A program made the translations under genes and the position numbers. From an uncultured Alphaproteobacteria bacterium (GTDB lineage Bacteria; Pseudomonadota; Alphaproteobacteria; Rhodobacterales; Rhodobacteraceae), in the NCBI GenBank assembly GCA_963768355.1, contig CAVYHT010000026.1:1536-65535 (forward strand): DNA of 64,000 nucleotides, written 5' to 3'. The notes under the pieces were generated by a model. The model was given only the letters and a program-made list of their open reading frames with translations, was not told the DNA's origin and did not search any database. This document shows, piece by piece, positions 63,801-64,000 of the stretch; the first letter of the stretch is position 1, and each line of letters starts with the position of its first letter.

Positions 63801-64000
63801 TCAGGCGATCTTCGCTCCAAGGCGGGCAGCCGCACGGTCAAGTCGGTTCACCGCCTCGCTGATCTCTGCCTCGCTGATCGTCAGTGGAGGCAGAAACGGA
63901 TCACGTTGTCGTGCAGCCGGTACGGTCAGGACCTCTTCGGCATAGCCTGCCTTGACCAGATCAGTGTTGACGGCCTTGCATTTCAGCCCGAGCATCAGCC
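63801..64000 (-). CDS. argD: acetylornithine aminotransferase, C-terminal fragment (gene starts beyond the window end)
   Basis: ..MLGLKCKAVNTDLVKAGYAEEVLTVPAA..LPPLTISEAEISEAVNRLDRAA.. matches a class-III aminotransferase C-terminus. It lies directly upstream of argF, as is common in alphaproteobacteria. A local shifted frame gives DNVIR, suggesting an indel pair near 63900. Confidence 0.7.
   Translation of the reverse strand, partial: LMLGLKCKAVNTDLVKAGYAEEVLTVPAARQRDPFLPPLTISEAEISEAVNRLDRAAARLGAKIA

Overview
High-GC, densely coding chromosomal window that looks alphaproteobacterial (Rhodobacteraceae-like gene content). I saw no rRNA, tRNA, CRISPR array, transposase or phage genes. All product calls come from my own recognition of motifs in the supplied translations; no database search was run.

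Layout:
- 0-16 kb, housekeeping and conserved unknowns: priA (5' end), transaldolase, DUF484-xerC, a globin, phosphatidylcholine synthase, an EamA transporter, ogt, ileS, and a DUF2339 / ycjF / GNAT / ycjX module, then truA.
- 16.6-47.7 kb, three adjacent quaternary-amine modules:
  (i) a LysR-flanked operon with two DMGDH-type enzymes, LysE, a BHMT-type methyltransferase, a non-Pyl MttB homolog and a HIBADH-like reductase;
  (ii) betI-betB-betC-betA, continuing on the same strand into a family-5 ABC importer, an NPP-type phosphodiesterase and an HSL-type esterase;
  (iii) a CdhR/GbdR-like regulator divergent from a carnitine / gamma-butyrobetaine-type cluster (BKACE enzyme, lipocalin lipoprotein, carnitine dehydrogenase-thioesterase fusion, SDR, acyl-CoA dehydrogenase, ADP-forming acyl-CoA synthetase, caiD).
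- 47.8-64 kb: a VOC protein, a 959-aa RTX calcium-binding protein with an unassigned repeat-containing N-terminal domain, rfbCDBA, rpmB, meaB, hrpB, gnd, a NUDIX ORF reading in frame into a PiT phosphate transporter, argF, and the argD 3' end.

Main caveat: roughly 60 or more apparent indel frameshifts, strongly clustered. Some stretches are hit heavily while blocks of up to about 6.6 kb are clean. Essential genes such as ileS are affected, so assembly or sequencing error is more likely than real gene decay. Coordinates of frameshifted genes are therefore reconstructions across ORF fragments.

I found nothing I can defend as a clearly new system. The best candidates are the MttB-containing methylamine operon, the extended bet operon and the ycjX-GNAT-ycjF-DUF2339 module.
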